64,000 bases of DNA from Candidatus Obscuribacteraceae bacterium (lineage in GTDB: Bacteria; Cyanobacteriota; Vampirovibrionia; Obscuribacterales; Obscuribacteraceae), in NCBI GenBank assembly GCA_044226015.1, contig JBGAHS010000008.1, forward strand, positions 64,001-128,000. The letters run 5' to 3'. Shown piece after piece: positions 19,701 to 27,468 of this stretch. Made by a program: the position numbers and the translations under genes. The first letter of the stretch is position 1; every line of letters begins with the position of its first letter. The notes beneath the pieces are model-generated. The model did no database searches. It saw nothing but the letters and a program-made list of their open reading frames with translations, and had not been told where the DNA came from.

Positions 19701-20173
19701 TGCAAATCGAGCCCGCATCATTACCAGCTCTTCTAGGTTCTTTCTATTCTCTAAAAGCATGTGAAGAACCCAGTCTGGCACGAACCAGGCTAGAGGACTA
19801 CCTTAAGATAAACCCGTGGGACTTCGACTCTCAGCTTGCCTATACAAATGAACTAGTTCTTGCGAATGATCTAAATAGCGCCAATAAACACGCTGAGTGC
19901 TCATTCCAGCTCAGACCATTTGATGCATCAGCTTACATTTTATTGTTGAATGCTCAGCTAAATGATGCCAACCACTGGAACATAAAGCAAAGCACGGATA
20001 AAATAAGTGCGGCATCACGCAGGAATCCTAGTTTAGAAAAAATCACCAGGTCGTTTTCCCTCCAAAGTCCAGACAGCCTAAAGCACAGCCAGCAATTCGC
20101 AGAGCTAGTGGCCAAAACAATTCATCAGGCTGAAGATTCGAAAAACGGGTACAAGATGCTGGGAGAGCCTTAG
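16724..20173 (+). CDS. Fused MFS-like membrane domain / spermidine synthase-like methyltransferase with C-terminal TPRs
   Basis: FFCSGFSCLVFEAVWSR, LYAANTAGA, SDGKVES, LLIGLGSGVS, AELEPAV, DARFLL, FDVIVSQPADPW, LFTREFW, FCQWIQLY; TPR-like tail. Confidence 0.88.
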   Translation: MKAKPAVLTNLLFFCSGFSCLVFEAVWSRLLIRALGAGSTANACVFSAFMAGAAVGAYFASQRPDLLEKCGRSKNSVDEASNYLRAYGRMELLAGTAGIALSAALAHGSSSSLAQFIGLFQFNDWMETAARFFSAFFLLLLPCSAMGAGLAAISSYNKRIAKHQSFPLLYAANTAGAALGCWSVAFWFIPQLGLHFAWSLAGVLALIVFISAEVQSKTERREKYESSAENCAQSTGSSEDLLDENQSQKIPGSILAAVALSGSTVLILELIWTRIFSVLLGASSYSLGIVLLIILLTCSASSFMVSRLRIFQEKTTSSIAICFYLAGISILFEMYAVNLMQMLFINISGYLAPFLTQDILARVMIARFILGLILIAPPTFFLSAILPLGVLHTSANSGKLNNHASLLYSVNCFGSAIGCLGFAVALFPLLSSTSNFSLQLSMHILAAISLLTSAALVIYCQDSDTQQWKFARYTTVMGGLALSFLLANQIPEWDQKNLSSGALIYGNNIDSANDTREIIELKDGINSTVVLAKSASSNSLSLSSDGKVESTLAIDRSLISPGSDLSTHIMLGELPMLFHKQPSKDVLLIGLGSGVSASSILSFPGVEHLTVAELEPAVISLCKKYLNQFNGGLFSKKCADKLTIRATDARFLLNSNNSRFDVIVSQPADPWVAGSGDLFTREFWQLGKNRLRENGLFCQWIQLYAIPSKDLLSIINTFQSEFPSTYIFHAPGAGEVILLGSTDQNFNFEVADTNAIEAINNRMAAAIKENRLLASSGISSFYDAASIAERIAVDSHPFNKPLQTNSDNQPFIEFSTSKSVLTGEQQLQNNLDVLKDLISTNSATSKFKGNSHIHCEMARAYARLYRAEQEPFKARAAALALMEVRVAQRLSSDDETAWTKILVDRACTAHPPSISGESSAEHRIESNKPLDYWNKLAAFDKTLDSKSEDAAKSAKSVLNAIHENTSAAWLRRGFYDLMFGSTKSARDNFERALQIEPASLPALLGSFYSLKACEEPSLARTRLEDYLKINPWDFDSQLAYTNELVLANDLNSANKHAECSFQLRPFDASAYILLLNAQLNDANHWNIKQSTDKISAASRRNPSLEKITRSFSLQSPDSLKHSQQFAELVAKTIHQAEDSKNGYKMLGEP

Positions 20174-20199
20174 GGAACTGGTGGGGGAAGGACAATACA

Positions 20200-21150
20200 A
20201 TGCCATTTCGACTTCTACTGATAGAAGACAGCCCGACGCAGCTTTTGAGCATCAGAAAATCGTTAGAACAAGAGGGTTTCGAAATAATTGCGGCACGCAG
20301 CGGAGCTGAAGGGCTAGTGCTCTGCTACAACGAGAGTCCCGATTTAATCATCTCTGACGTTGTGATGTCCGGCATCAATGGTTATCAGGTCTGCAGATTG
20401 GTGAAAAGCGACCCTGATTTACAAGCAACCCCCGTAGTACTTTTGACACGACTTGACGGCTCAATCGATAGATTTTGGGGATTAAAATCAGGCGCAGACC
20501 GCTACATTCCAAAAGAACCAGGCTTCGCAAGTTTGATCAAAGCAATCCGAGAAATTCTCGCGGACAGCTCAATTCGTCCGCGACTGCGCGCGGTGGCTGA
20601 CCCTGCAAAAACACCGGGCATTGAAGAAATCAACACTCGCCTGAATCAGCTACTTGAACGTCTACTTTTCGAAGCAACCATTGCGGATGAAGTCCGAAAG
20701 ATAGCCGATGACATAGGCGACATAGAAGTCATAGCAGAGAAGCTATTTGTACTTTTGGGGTCGTTTGCAGACTATCAAGCGTGTGCACTGCTCGTGAACC
20801 ACGGTGCATATTCACTTGTGAATCTGGATCTGGCAAGCAATGTTTCTGAGCCAGGCGTCTTATCGTATGTTATGAAAATAGCCATGCAGTTAGGATTGCC
20901 ACCATTGAAAGATGACTCACCAAAAACGGTGCAAGTCTATGACAATGCAATTACCCAACCCATCGATTCATCAGGCATTCGACTTGGCTTGCTCGTGATG
21001 ATACCGCCAAACGGGCAGCCGTTTAAGCCAGGCGACCAGAAGGTCATTCGCCTTGTTTGCGAGCAGTTGTCCACTGTGATTCGGCTGTACTTATCGTATG
21101 TTCAAAGGCAAGGCATGCCCGTTCCAACAGCTCCGTTTGGTGCAGTCTAG
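20200..21150 (+). CDS. Response regulator (receiver domain plus GAF-like C-terminus)
   Basis: LLIEDS, PDLIISDVVM (phospho-Asp), LLT, DRFWGLKSGADRYIPK. C-terminus LGLLVM..FKPGDQKVIRLVCEQLS is GAF-like. Confidence 0.85.
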   Translation: MPFRLLLIEDSPTQLLSIRKSLEQEGFEIIAARSGAEGLVLCYNESPDLIISDVVMSGINGYQVCRLVKSDPDLQATPVVLLTRLDGSIDRFWGLKSGADRYIPKEPGFASLIKAIREILADSSIRPRLRAVADPAKTPGIEEINTRLNQLLERLLFEATIADEVRKIADDIGDIEVIAEKLFVLLGSFADYQACALLVNHGAYSLVNLDLASNVSEPGVLSYVMKIAMQLGLPPLKDDSPKTVQVYDNAITQPIDSSGIRLGLLVMIPPNGQPFKPGDQKVIRLVCEQLSTVIRLYLSYVQRQGMPVPTAPFGAV

Positions 21151-21319
21151 TTACAGACGCTTAGGACAAGGGCTCTGAGAGCGCTTCCAGCCGCTTCGGT
21201 CCTGTGTTTTTCTGTGACAGGAGATAGCTGCACCGCGCTGTTCGCTGGCTCTGGCGGAGATCCGAAGTTTTTCTCAGAGCTCAACCAGCTTCTATTTAAT
21301 GGCTGGCGTTCGCTTTCAA

Positions 21320-24300
21320 TCAGGACTCTTCATCAGGCACCGCTGGTGGTGCTTGCCGAGATTTAGCATTCTTACCTTTAGTCTTTTTCACTGACTTCTC
21401 ATCGGACTCACTGCTACCTTCTTCCGCAGCAGCATTCATGAATGACGCTACATCATCTGGGTTAGGCTGCGCAGATTCGTTGACACCTGTGTCGTCTGCA
21501 TCGCCCCAATCCATGTAAGAAGGAACGGCATTAGCAGGCGGAGCTGCTGCTGCTGTCACCGCGGGTTTCTCATGCTCATTGCTTATTTTGGCTTCAATGA
21601 ACTTCGGAGCTTCAGGCGTCTCCTGGCCCTGCTCAGCAAATTCTTGTAACTCATCGAGACGCAACCAGCCTGCGGCTAGGCATATCTCAATCAGTTGCTG
21701 CTGATTTGCACGAACATATACAAACGCTTGCTCGAATTGAACAATTGATACCAATCCATTGCAAACCAGCTGGAACCCTGACTTAATCGAGTCTAACTCA
21801 ACTTCAGTCAGCAAATTTGAATCCGCAAGATAAGTCCAGAACTGCTGCTCGGAAAGCAATCGTGCCGCATTGACAATAGCGAGCATCTGCTCAGAATCAA
21901 AAATACGGCACAAAATAAGTAACTCGCTGAAGGCGATTTTGACTTTCCCACCTGATTCAGGAAGTCGAGCATCAGCAGGAATTTTTAGCCCACTGAACGT
22001 GTCGGGTTCGCGTAGTCCAAGCTGACGCAAATCAAAATCGAGACGCGTATTCGGTTCTGAGAGAATATTGAAGGCTATTCCCATATTGCGAAGCTGACGT
22101 TTAAAATCGGGGGGATTGAGAACTTTCGACTTGTCACCGCCGTATTGTCGCATCAATAGTCGGCGAACTGCGCGTAAATAGCAAACATGCAACAAGAAAA
22201 ACGGATCTGTCGATTCTGCGGATATCCATGGGTAGAAGCCTTCAGCTTCTGGATTTGGTGCTTCTCTCTGCGCCAACATCGAAGCGATCGATGCAGGAGC
22301 ATAGTCCGAGTGTGCCACGTCATCGAAATCGCCGAAGTCGATATCAGCATAAGTTTCGCCCGCAGGTCCAAAATCAAGATAATCTGGTGCCGCCGGTGGT
22401 GCCTCAGCCGCGTACTCCGCTTCTGTATTCATGTCATGAATTTGCGAGGCTTCGATGTCAGCAGCCAGCTCTGATGGATTGACTTCAGCTGCCTGCTGCG
22501 ACAAATCAATATGAGGATATAACTCTGACGCTGCTATGTCTGCGTTAAGTTCAGAAGCCGAATGTGAGAATTTTTCAGCACCGCCTGCGACACCATTTTC
22601 CTGAGTAGAATGTGCTGAAGGCTCTGCTGCTTTAGCCTCAGCAAGACGCTGCGAAATAGGTCGCAAATCTCTCAAAGTTGCGCGAGGATTGCTTTCACCA
22701 GGAGAATTGTAGTCTGCGGGTGGAACGGCTCCAGCAGACTCAGCGGGCGATTGTTCCGTGGAACCAAACCGAGATACAGCCGGTAAATTGCGCATAGTCG
22801 CAGCCGGGTCGGATTGGGGTTGCACAGGATTCACCGGTGCCATGCCTCGAAGCGTTGCCGCCGGATCGGAATGGGGTTGCGCGGGGTTCACCGGTGCCAT
22901 GCCTCGAAGCGTCGCCGCCGAGTCGTAATCGGCCGGTCTACCATGTGAAACCGGCGGCATACCTCTCAACGTAGCTCCTGGGTCTACGTGTTGCTGACTC
23001 GGCTCTACTTGTGCACTGGTGGGTGGTGGTGGTGCAGATTGCTCATACCAAATATTCGGCGACTCTACCTGCGGTGGCACAGACATTTCGACAGTAGATG
23101 TTTGCTCCTCATAAACATCCTGAGGTTCAACCTGCGAAATAGGTGACTTTTCAAACAGCCCCAAGAATTCGGCATCATCAATGTCTGGAAATGTTGACGC
23201 AGCCGGAGTTGCTGATTTTTGAACGAAACCGGAAGAGTTTACCGGTGGTACCGCTTGAGGAAGTCCATGTGCAGTTGTAGTGGAATCCTCGGTCACGTCT
23301 GCTGGATCCACCGGAGGAAAAGTTGCCAATTCAGAGTACGATGTGTCCGTTACAGATGGAGAGTGATCTGAAAGAACCGGAATCCCAGGCAATGTTGAAG
23401 TGGAATCTTCCATCACATCAGATGGATCTACCTGCAGAAAAGCGGCTGGCTCATCCATCACCGGCGAAACGGCTACTTCATCCATCAGCGGCGAAACCGC
23501 CACCTCATCCGTCAGCGGTGAACCGGCTGGCTCATCCGTCAGCGGCGAAACCGCCACCTCATCCATGGCTGGGAGATCAACTTCTGCAATTGCTGGAATT
23601 CCTGGCAACGTTGAGCTTGAATTCTCCATCACATCGGATGGATCAACTTTTAGAAAGGATGCAAATTCAGGTAACGTAGAGCTCGAATCCTCCACCAGGT
23701 CACCAGGAAGCACTTCCGGTATCGCCGGCAATTCTGATGGAATCGCAAGCAAATCCACACTTAATTCCGGCGAGGAATGCTCTGCAGCTGCCGGCAAATC
23801 CGACAATGTTGCGGATGAATCGTCAACTATATCTTCGGAATTCACCTGTGGAACTGAGTTTTCTGGGCTGCCGAAGTTAAGCTCGGAAGAACCCGTTGAT
23901 GTAAGCTCTGATTCTCCGGACAGTTCTGGCGAGAAATTCAGGCTACCAGAATCAGCCTCTAGAACTGGGTCAGCAGTTTCTGCGGTCACCTGCAACTCAG
24001 ATAGGGATGCGGGAATAGCCTCAGGGGAGAACTCGGCGGGTGAGGTAAGAGCTCCAGCCTCACCACTCTTAGAATCATGCGCTGCATCAGCCGGACTGGA
24101 AAGCGCACTCAATTCGGCACTGACTGCGGCGCTTAGATTGCCATCAGCAGTTCCTAGCGCCGCCTCAAAACTCTTCAGCATCGCTTCAGTACTCAACAAC
24201 ACTTCGCCAGGAGTCTCTGCCGCTATCTCCTCGTTCAACTCGAAATCGCCAGTTTTGCGGCTCTTTGTGTTGCGTCCCTTTTTCTTTCGCTTCTCGACAG

Positions 24301-24865
24301 GGTCGACCTCGGACCCGGCCTTGTCTTTACTTGAATTGCGCCGCTTCACGAATTGCTCGCGAAAAATTGGAGTCGAAAGGACAATACCGGGCGCCTCTTC
24401 TTCCTCTGTCTTCGATTCCCACTCGGGTTCTGGGACGACAGAATTCAGTCCCAATTCGTCGCTCAGCGAACCGAATTCCGCACCGAGGATAGTCTCAACC
24501 AGTGGGGAGCTCTCCCCGTTGACACTTTTAGGCTCGGCGCCAGAAGCGTTAGCAATACCTTCAGACCTTGCCGCAGCCGCCCTGGCTTTATCAGACGCTA
24601 CAGCGTCCAGTTTGCCCTTCTGACTTTGAATGAGCCCTCGCAAGTCCATCGAGCGCACGTTATCAGAAGCATAAACCCTGTCCATCTCATGGACACCGCC
24701 ATTTTTGGCAGCTTTGGCTTTTTTCGCAAGAAGACCCACCAGCTCGCGATGAGCGAGCCGTGAACCGTCGATATCACCGCGTTCTACACTCTGCCGGAAG
24801 GCAGCCGCTAGAATTTTGGATTCCAGCTCGGGTCTATCTTCATTCCTCGAAATGATAAGGAGCAT
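21320..24865 (-). CDS. Large acidic low-complexity repeat protein with C-terminal degenerate J-like domain
   Basis: 1181 aa. Ser/Glu/Pro/Ala-rich core with three repeat families, and a folded segment near the C-terminus (YLRAVRRL..YGGDK..AFNILSEPNTRLDFD). Confidence 0.8.
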   Translation of the reverse strand: MLLIISRNEDRPELESKILAAAFRQSVERGDIDGSRLAHRELVGLLAKKAKAAKNGGVHEMDRVYASDNVRSMDLRGLIQSQKGKLDAVASDKARAAAARSEGIANASGAEPKSVNGESSPLVETILGAEFGSLSDELGLNSVVPEPEWESKTEEEEAPGIVLSTPIFREQFVKRRNSSKDKAGSEVDPVEKRKKKGRNTKSRKTGDFELNEEIAAETPGEVLLSTEAMLKSFEAALGTADGNLSAAVSAELSALSSPADAAHDSKSGEAGALTSPAEFSPEAIPASLSELQVTAETADPVLEADSGSLNFSPELSGESELTSTGSSELNFGSPENSVPQVNSEDIVDDSSATLSDLPAAAEHSSPELSVDLLAIPSELPAIPEVLPGDLVEDSSSTLPEFASFLKVDPSDVMENSSSTLPGIPAIAEVDLPAMDEVAVSPLTDEPAGSPLTDEVAVSPLMDEVAVSPVMDEPAAFLQVDPSDVMEDSTSTLPGIPVLSDHSPSVTDTSYSELATFPPVDPADVTEDSTTTAHGLPQAVPPVNSSGFVQKSATPAASTFPDIDDAEFLGLFEKSPISQVEPQDVYEEQTSTVEMSVPPQVESPNIWYEQSAPPPPTSAQVEPSQQHVDPGATLRGMPPVSHGRPADYDSAATLRGMAPVNPAQPHSDPAATLRGMAPVNPVQPQSDPAATMRNLPAVSRFGSTEQSPAESAGAVPPADYNSPGESNPRATLRDLRPISQRLAEAKAAEPSAHSTQENGVAGGAEKFSHSASELNADIAASELYPHIDLSQQAAEVNPSELAADIEASQIHDMNTEAEYAAEAPPAAPDYLDFGPAGETYADIDFGDFDDVAHSDYAPASIASMLAQREAPNPEAEGFYPWISAESTDPFFLLHVCYLRAVRRLLMRQYGGDKSKVLNPPDFKRQLRNMGIAFNILSEPNTRLDFDLRQLGLREPDTFSGLKIPADARLPESGGKVKIAFSELLILCRIFDSEQMLAIVNAARLLSEQQFWTYLADSNLLTEVELDSIKSGFQLVCNGLVSIVQFEQAFVYVRANQQQLIEICLAAGWLRLDELQEFAEQGQETPEAPKFIEAKISNEHEKPAVTAAAAPPANAVPSYMDWGDADDTGVNESAQPNPDDVASFMNAAAEEGSSESDEKSVKKTKGKNAKSRQAPPAVPDEES
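22780..22990 (-). repeat. Coding ~57-bp repeat encoding DPAATLRGMAPVNP-like units
   Basis: CACCGGTGCCATGCCTCGAAGCGT occurs twice 57 bp apart. Four related peptide units lie here (DPGATLRGM, DSAATLRGM, DPAATLRGM, DPAATMRNL). Confidence 0.85.
23440..23570 (-). repeat. Coding 27-bp repeat encoding DEVAVSPLT/M-like units
   Basis: About 5 units of CTCATCC(A/G)TCA(G/C)CGG(C/T)GAAAC-like sequence; peptide MDEVAVSPLTDEPAGSPLTDEVAVSPLMDEVAVSPVMDEPA. Confidence 0.85.
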
Positions 24866-25091
24866 CAGGTTTTTCGAGTACCACCATTAGTAACAGGAAG
24901 CCCGGTTTTGAAATTCCTGTGCGGCAGCCACATTGGGTGCCCAGGAAAATTATTCCTTTTCGGAGCAGATTTAACACCTATTTGTTTGAGAAAATCCCCG
25001 TCAGAGACAATTTTTCGGAAGAATTTTGCGCAATGTTTTATCGGAAGCGAATCTAGACAACATAAGACAGCAAGCCGCCGGCAAACCATTT

Positions 25092-25100
25092 TGCTATGAT
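25092..25100 (+). promoter_or_regulatory. Possible extended -10 element (TGcTATGAT) for the hypothetical-rsmG operon
   Basis: TGn plus TATGAT about 40 nt upstream of GTG 25140. Confidence 0.3.
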
Positions 25101-25139
25101 CTAGCAAATACTTACAAATCACTCAACACGAGGTGTTCC

Positions 25140-25694
25140 GTGGATTTCAGTTGGGTCAGACAACTAGCCGAGCAGTCAAATCAGCACGAAATCGACAAGC
25201 AAGACAAAGAACGCCGCCGCATCGAAGACGAGCGCCTGAAAGCATTCGCCACTGTGCCCTTTGTGGACAAAATGTACATGCTTTTTCAGGCCTGCTGCGA
25301 AGAATTCAACAAGCATTCCATGTTTCCCGAACTGCGGATTACTGTCAGCAAAATCACGAAAAAATCCCGGGGAATGGAAACTTCAAATCCGGAAGAAATT
25401 GCCTACTTTACTTTTACGAGACAAAGCTGGATGTATGGCGTTCGTGGAATTAACGGAGTTGTCGAGTTCGTTGAACTTCCCGTAACCGAAGGCGCCAGCT
25501 CACTGAACATGAAACTTGATGAGTTAGGTCTCGACAGTAGCGTTAAGCTAATCGCGAGTATCGAAGGCGACCCTATGGATATGCGGAAAAAGCAAGTGAT
25601 ATGGACATTGAGAGATGAAATAATGGATGGTCCGAAATTGATTACTGTATGCCAAAATTACTTTACTGAATTCGTAAAGAGAACAAACGAGTGA
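25140..25694 (+). CDS. Hypothetical protein
   Basis: GTG 25140 follows a GAGGTG RBS (track ORF starts 25026). The stop overlaps the rsmG start (GTGA). Confidence 0.75.
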   Translation: MDFSWVRQLAEQSNQHEIDKQDKERRRIEDERLKAFATVPFVDKMYMLFQACCEEFNKHSMFPELRITVSKITKKSRGMETSNPEEIAYFTFTRQSWMYGVRGINGVVEFVELPVTEGASSLNMKLDELGLDSSVKLIASIEGDPMDMRKKQVIWTLRDEIMDGPKLITVCQNYFTEFVKRTNE

Positions 25695-26461
25695 GCAAAC
25701 TAGCCTCCTGGAGCCTCCTATCGGGTGAAGATAAGGCTCTCGAAAAACTTGAAAAATACGACCTGAATGAAGACTGTTTGGAACAACTTCATCAATATGC
25801 TTTGACGCTTCAGGAATACAATTCGCATACAAACCTGGTCGCAAATGCTGAGTTGGCCGTCCTTCTCAAAGATCACATTCTAGATGCGCTGCAACTACAG
25901 CCGGTGCTAAGAAAAATTGTTCAAGACAAGAAATTTGAAGAAAGCAACAGAACCGCACTGATCGACATCGGCAGTGGCGCGGGCTTTCCTGGCATGATTC
26001 TGGCCATTACGGTGCCGTTTTTGAAGGTTACTCTTTTAGATTCTATTGGAAAGAAGTGCCGGTTTTTAGAATCTGCGGCACACAAACTCGGCATCGACGA
26101 CAGAGTCAGTGTAGTGTGCGAGCGCGCGGAGGTAGTGGCGCACGACAAACGGCATAGAGAGCGATATTCATTTGCCACAGCCAGAGCAGTGGGCGCACTG
26201 CCAATGGTGGCAGAGCTCTGCATTCCGTTCTTAAGATACAGCGGCTATTTACTCGCGCAAAGATCAAAACGGCAAGCCACAGAAGAAGAACAAATCATTG
26301 ATGCATATGCATCTCGATTGGGTGGAGAGCTAGTCTCAGTAACGCACTTCGAGCCTGACATATTAGGCAGAGAACTTTCACTCATTCAGATCAAGAAAAC
26401 AAAAACCACACCACCTCGCTTTCCTCGAAGCGCGGCAGCAATGAAAAAAGACGCCGGTTAG
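25691..26461 (+). CDS. rsmG: 16S rRNA (guanine(527)-N7)-methyltransferase
   Basis: YNSHTNLV, HILDAL, IDIGSGAGFPGM, LDSIGKKCRFL, RAE, ATARAV, TPPRFPR. Confidence 0.94.
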   Translation: MSKLASWSLLSGEDKALEKLEKYDLNEDCLEQLHQYALTLQEYNSHTNLVANAELAVLLKDHILDALQLQPVLRKIVQDKKFEESNRTALIDIGSGAGFPGMILAITVPFLKVTLLDSIGKKCRFLESAAHKLGIDDRVSVVCERAEVVAHDKRHRERYSFATARAVGALPMVAELCIPFLRYSGYLLAQRSKRQATEEEQIIDAYASRLGGELVSVTHFEPDILGRELSLIQIKKTKTTPPRFPRSAAAMKKDAG

Positions 26462-26543
26462 TTCCAGCATGGTCATTAGAATCCAACATGGTTATTAGAA
26501 ACCAGCGTGGCTATTAGAATCTAGCTTTAGTTAGAATCTAGCG
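26458..26543. repeat. Degenerate ~19-bp tandem repeat (5 units)
   Basis: TTAGTTCCAGCATGGTCA, TTAGAATCCAACATGGTTA, TTAGAAACCAGCGTGGCTA, TTAGAATCTAGCTTTAG, TTAGAATCTAGCG. Confidence 0.75.
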
Positions 26544-26561
26544 AATCGATTCGTCTGAGAA

Positions 26562-27446
26562 TCAGGCTTCCGCACCCACCAGCCAGCCTTCTGCAACAGC
26601 CTGACGACGAGCCTGTTCAGCATCAGAATCGATAGTTAGCTCCATGAAGCGGCGACGGCTTTGAATCACATATCTAGCGCGACTAATCAACGCGGTAGCA
26701 TCAAGATAATCATGTGCGAATATGACATTATCCATGGTGCGATACCAATTGTCGCCGGACGGCAAAACAATATCTGCCACAATTTCGCCAAGCTCGAAAA
26801 TCTCTTTGTCCTTGTTCGCTCTCGCTGGATAAGAGACGGTATAACGGGTGGTATCAAACTCAAGGCACTCAGCTTTTCCTAAGTAAGGTATGCGCTGCTC
26901 TTCGATTGAAAAACCGAGGTCGTCGAATCCCTGACGTTCCTCATCCCAAATTTCTCTGAGTAGGTCAGAAACAGTATCCATGTGAGACTCAAAGCGCCAG
27001 AATTCGCTGGTCTGAAGGTAAGGAGTAGCAGCTCGAAATTCCCATGTGTCCTCAGAATAAGCCACTTCCAGCTGGTGCGTATGCGCCCAAGCCGTCGTCA
27101 AAACGCCCATCCAATGTATGCTGTCTTCATAAACCTGCGCATAACTGGCTTTGAACCAATCTTGCCATTCATCGAAAGCACTATATTGCGCAGAGCGCTT
27201 GATCAGCCCTTCTCGCCACTCTAGCTCGTCCGAAAGCGCATCCTCAGCGTGAAAAAACTCCGCCCAGTAAGCTGCGACCGAAGCTGGTTCAACCAAACCA
27301 AAATCGCCAACACCTTTCTGTTCTTGCCAGAGACCCTGGCAAACCTTGACAGCTTCAATACAACGAGTGTAAGGATTGGACTCCTTAAAGTCCTCGTGAT
27401 GCCTCACCCAATCTATTCCCGCCCGAATCAAGTACGCTGGGTACAT
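26562..27446 (-). CDS. Hypothetical protein (acidic, Trp/Tyr-rich)
   Basis: 294-aa ORF with AGAGGA RBS, 22 nt downstream of malQ; no family recognised. Confidence 0.75.
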   Translation of the reverse strand: MYPAYLIRAGIDWVRHHEDFKESNPYTRCIEAVKVCQGLWQEQKGVGDFGLVEPASVAAYWAEFFHAEDALSDELEWREGLIKRSAQYSAFDEWQDWFKASYAQVYEDSIHWMGVLTTAWAHTHQLEVAYSEDTWEFRAATPYLQTSEFWRFESHMDTVSDLLREIWDEERQGFDDLGFSIEEQRIPYLGKAECLEFDTTRYTVSYPARANKDKEIFELGEIVADIVLPSGDNWYRTMDNVIFAHDYLDATALISRARYVIQSRRRFMELTIDSDAEQARRQAVAEGWLVGAEA

Positions 27447-27468
27447 GCTCTAACTCATTCCTCTTATT

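Noticed and set aside
23400..24623. 407-aa plus-strand ORF
   Set aside because: Antisense shadow of the low-complexity repeat protein; Ser-rich with no motifs.
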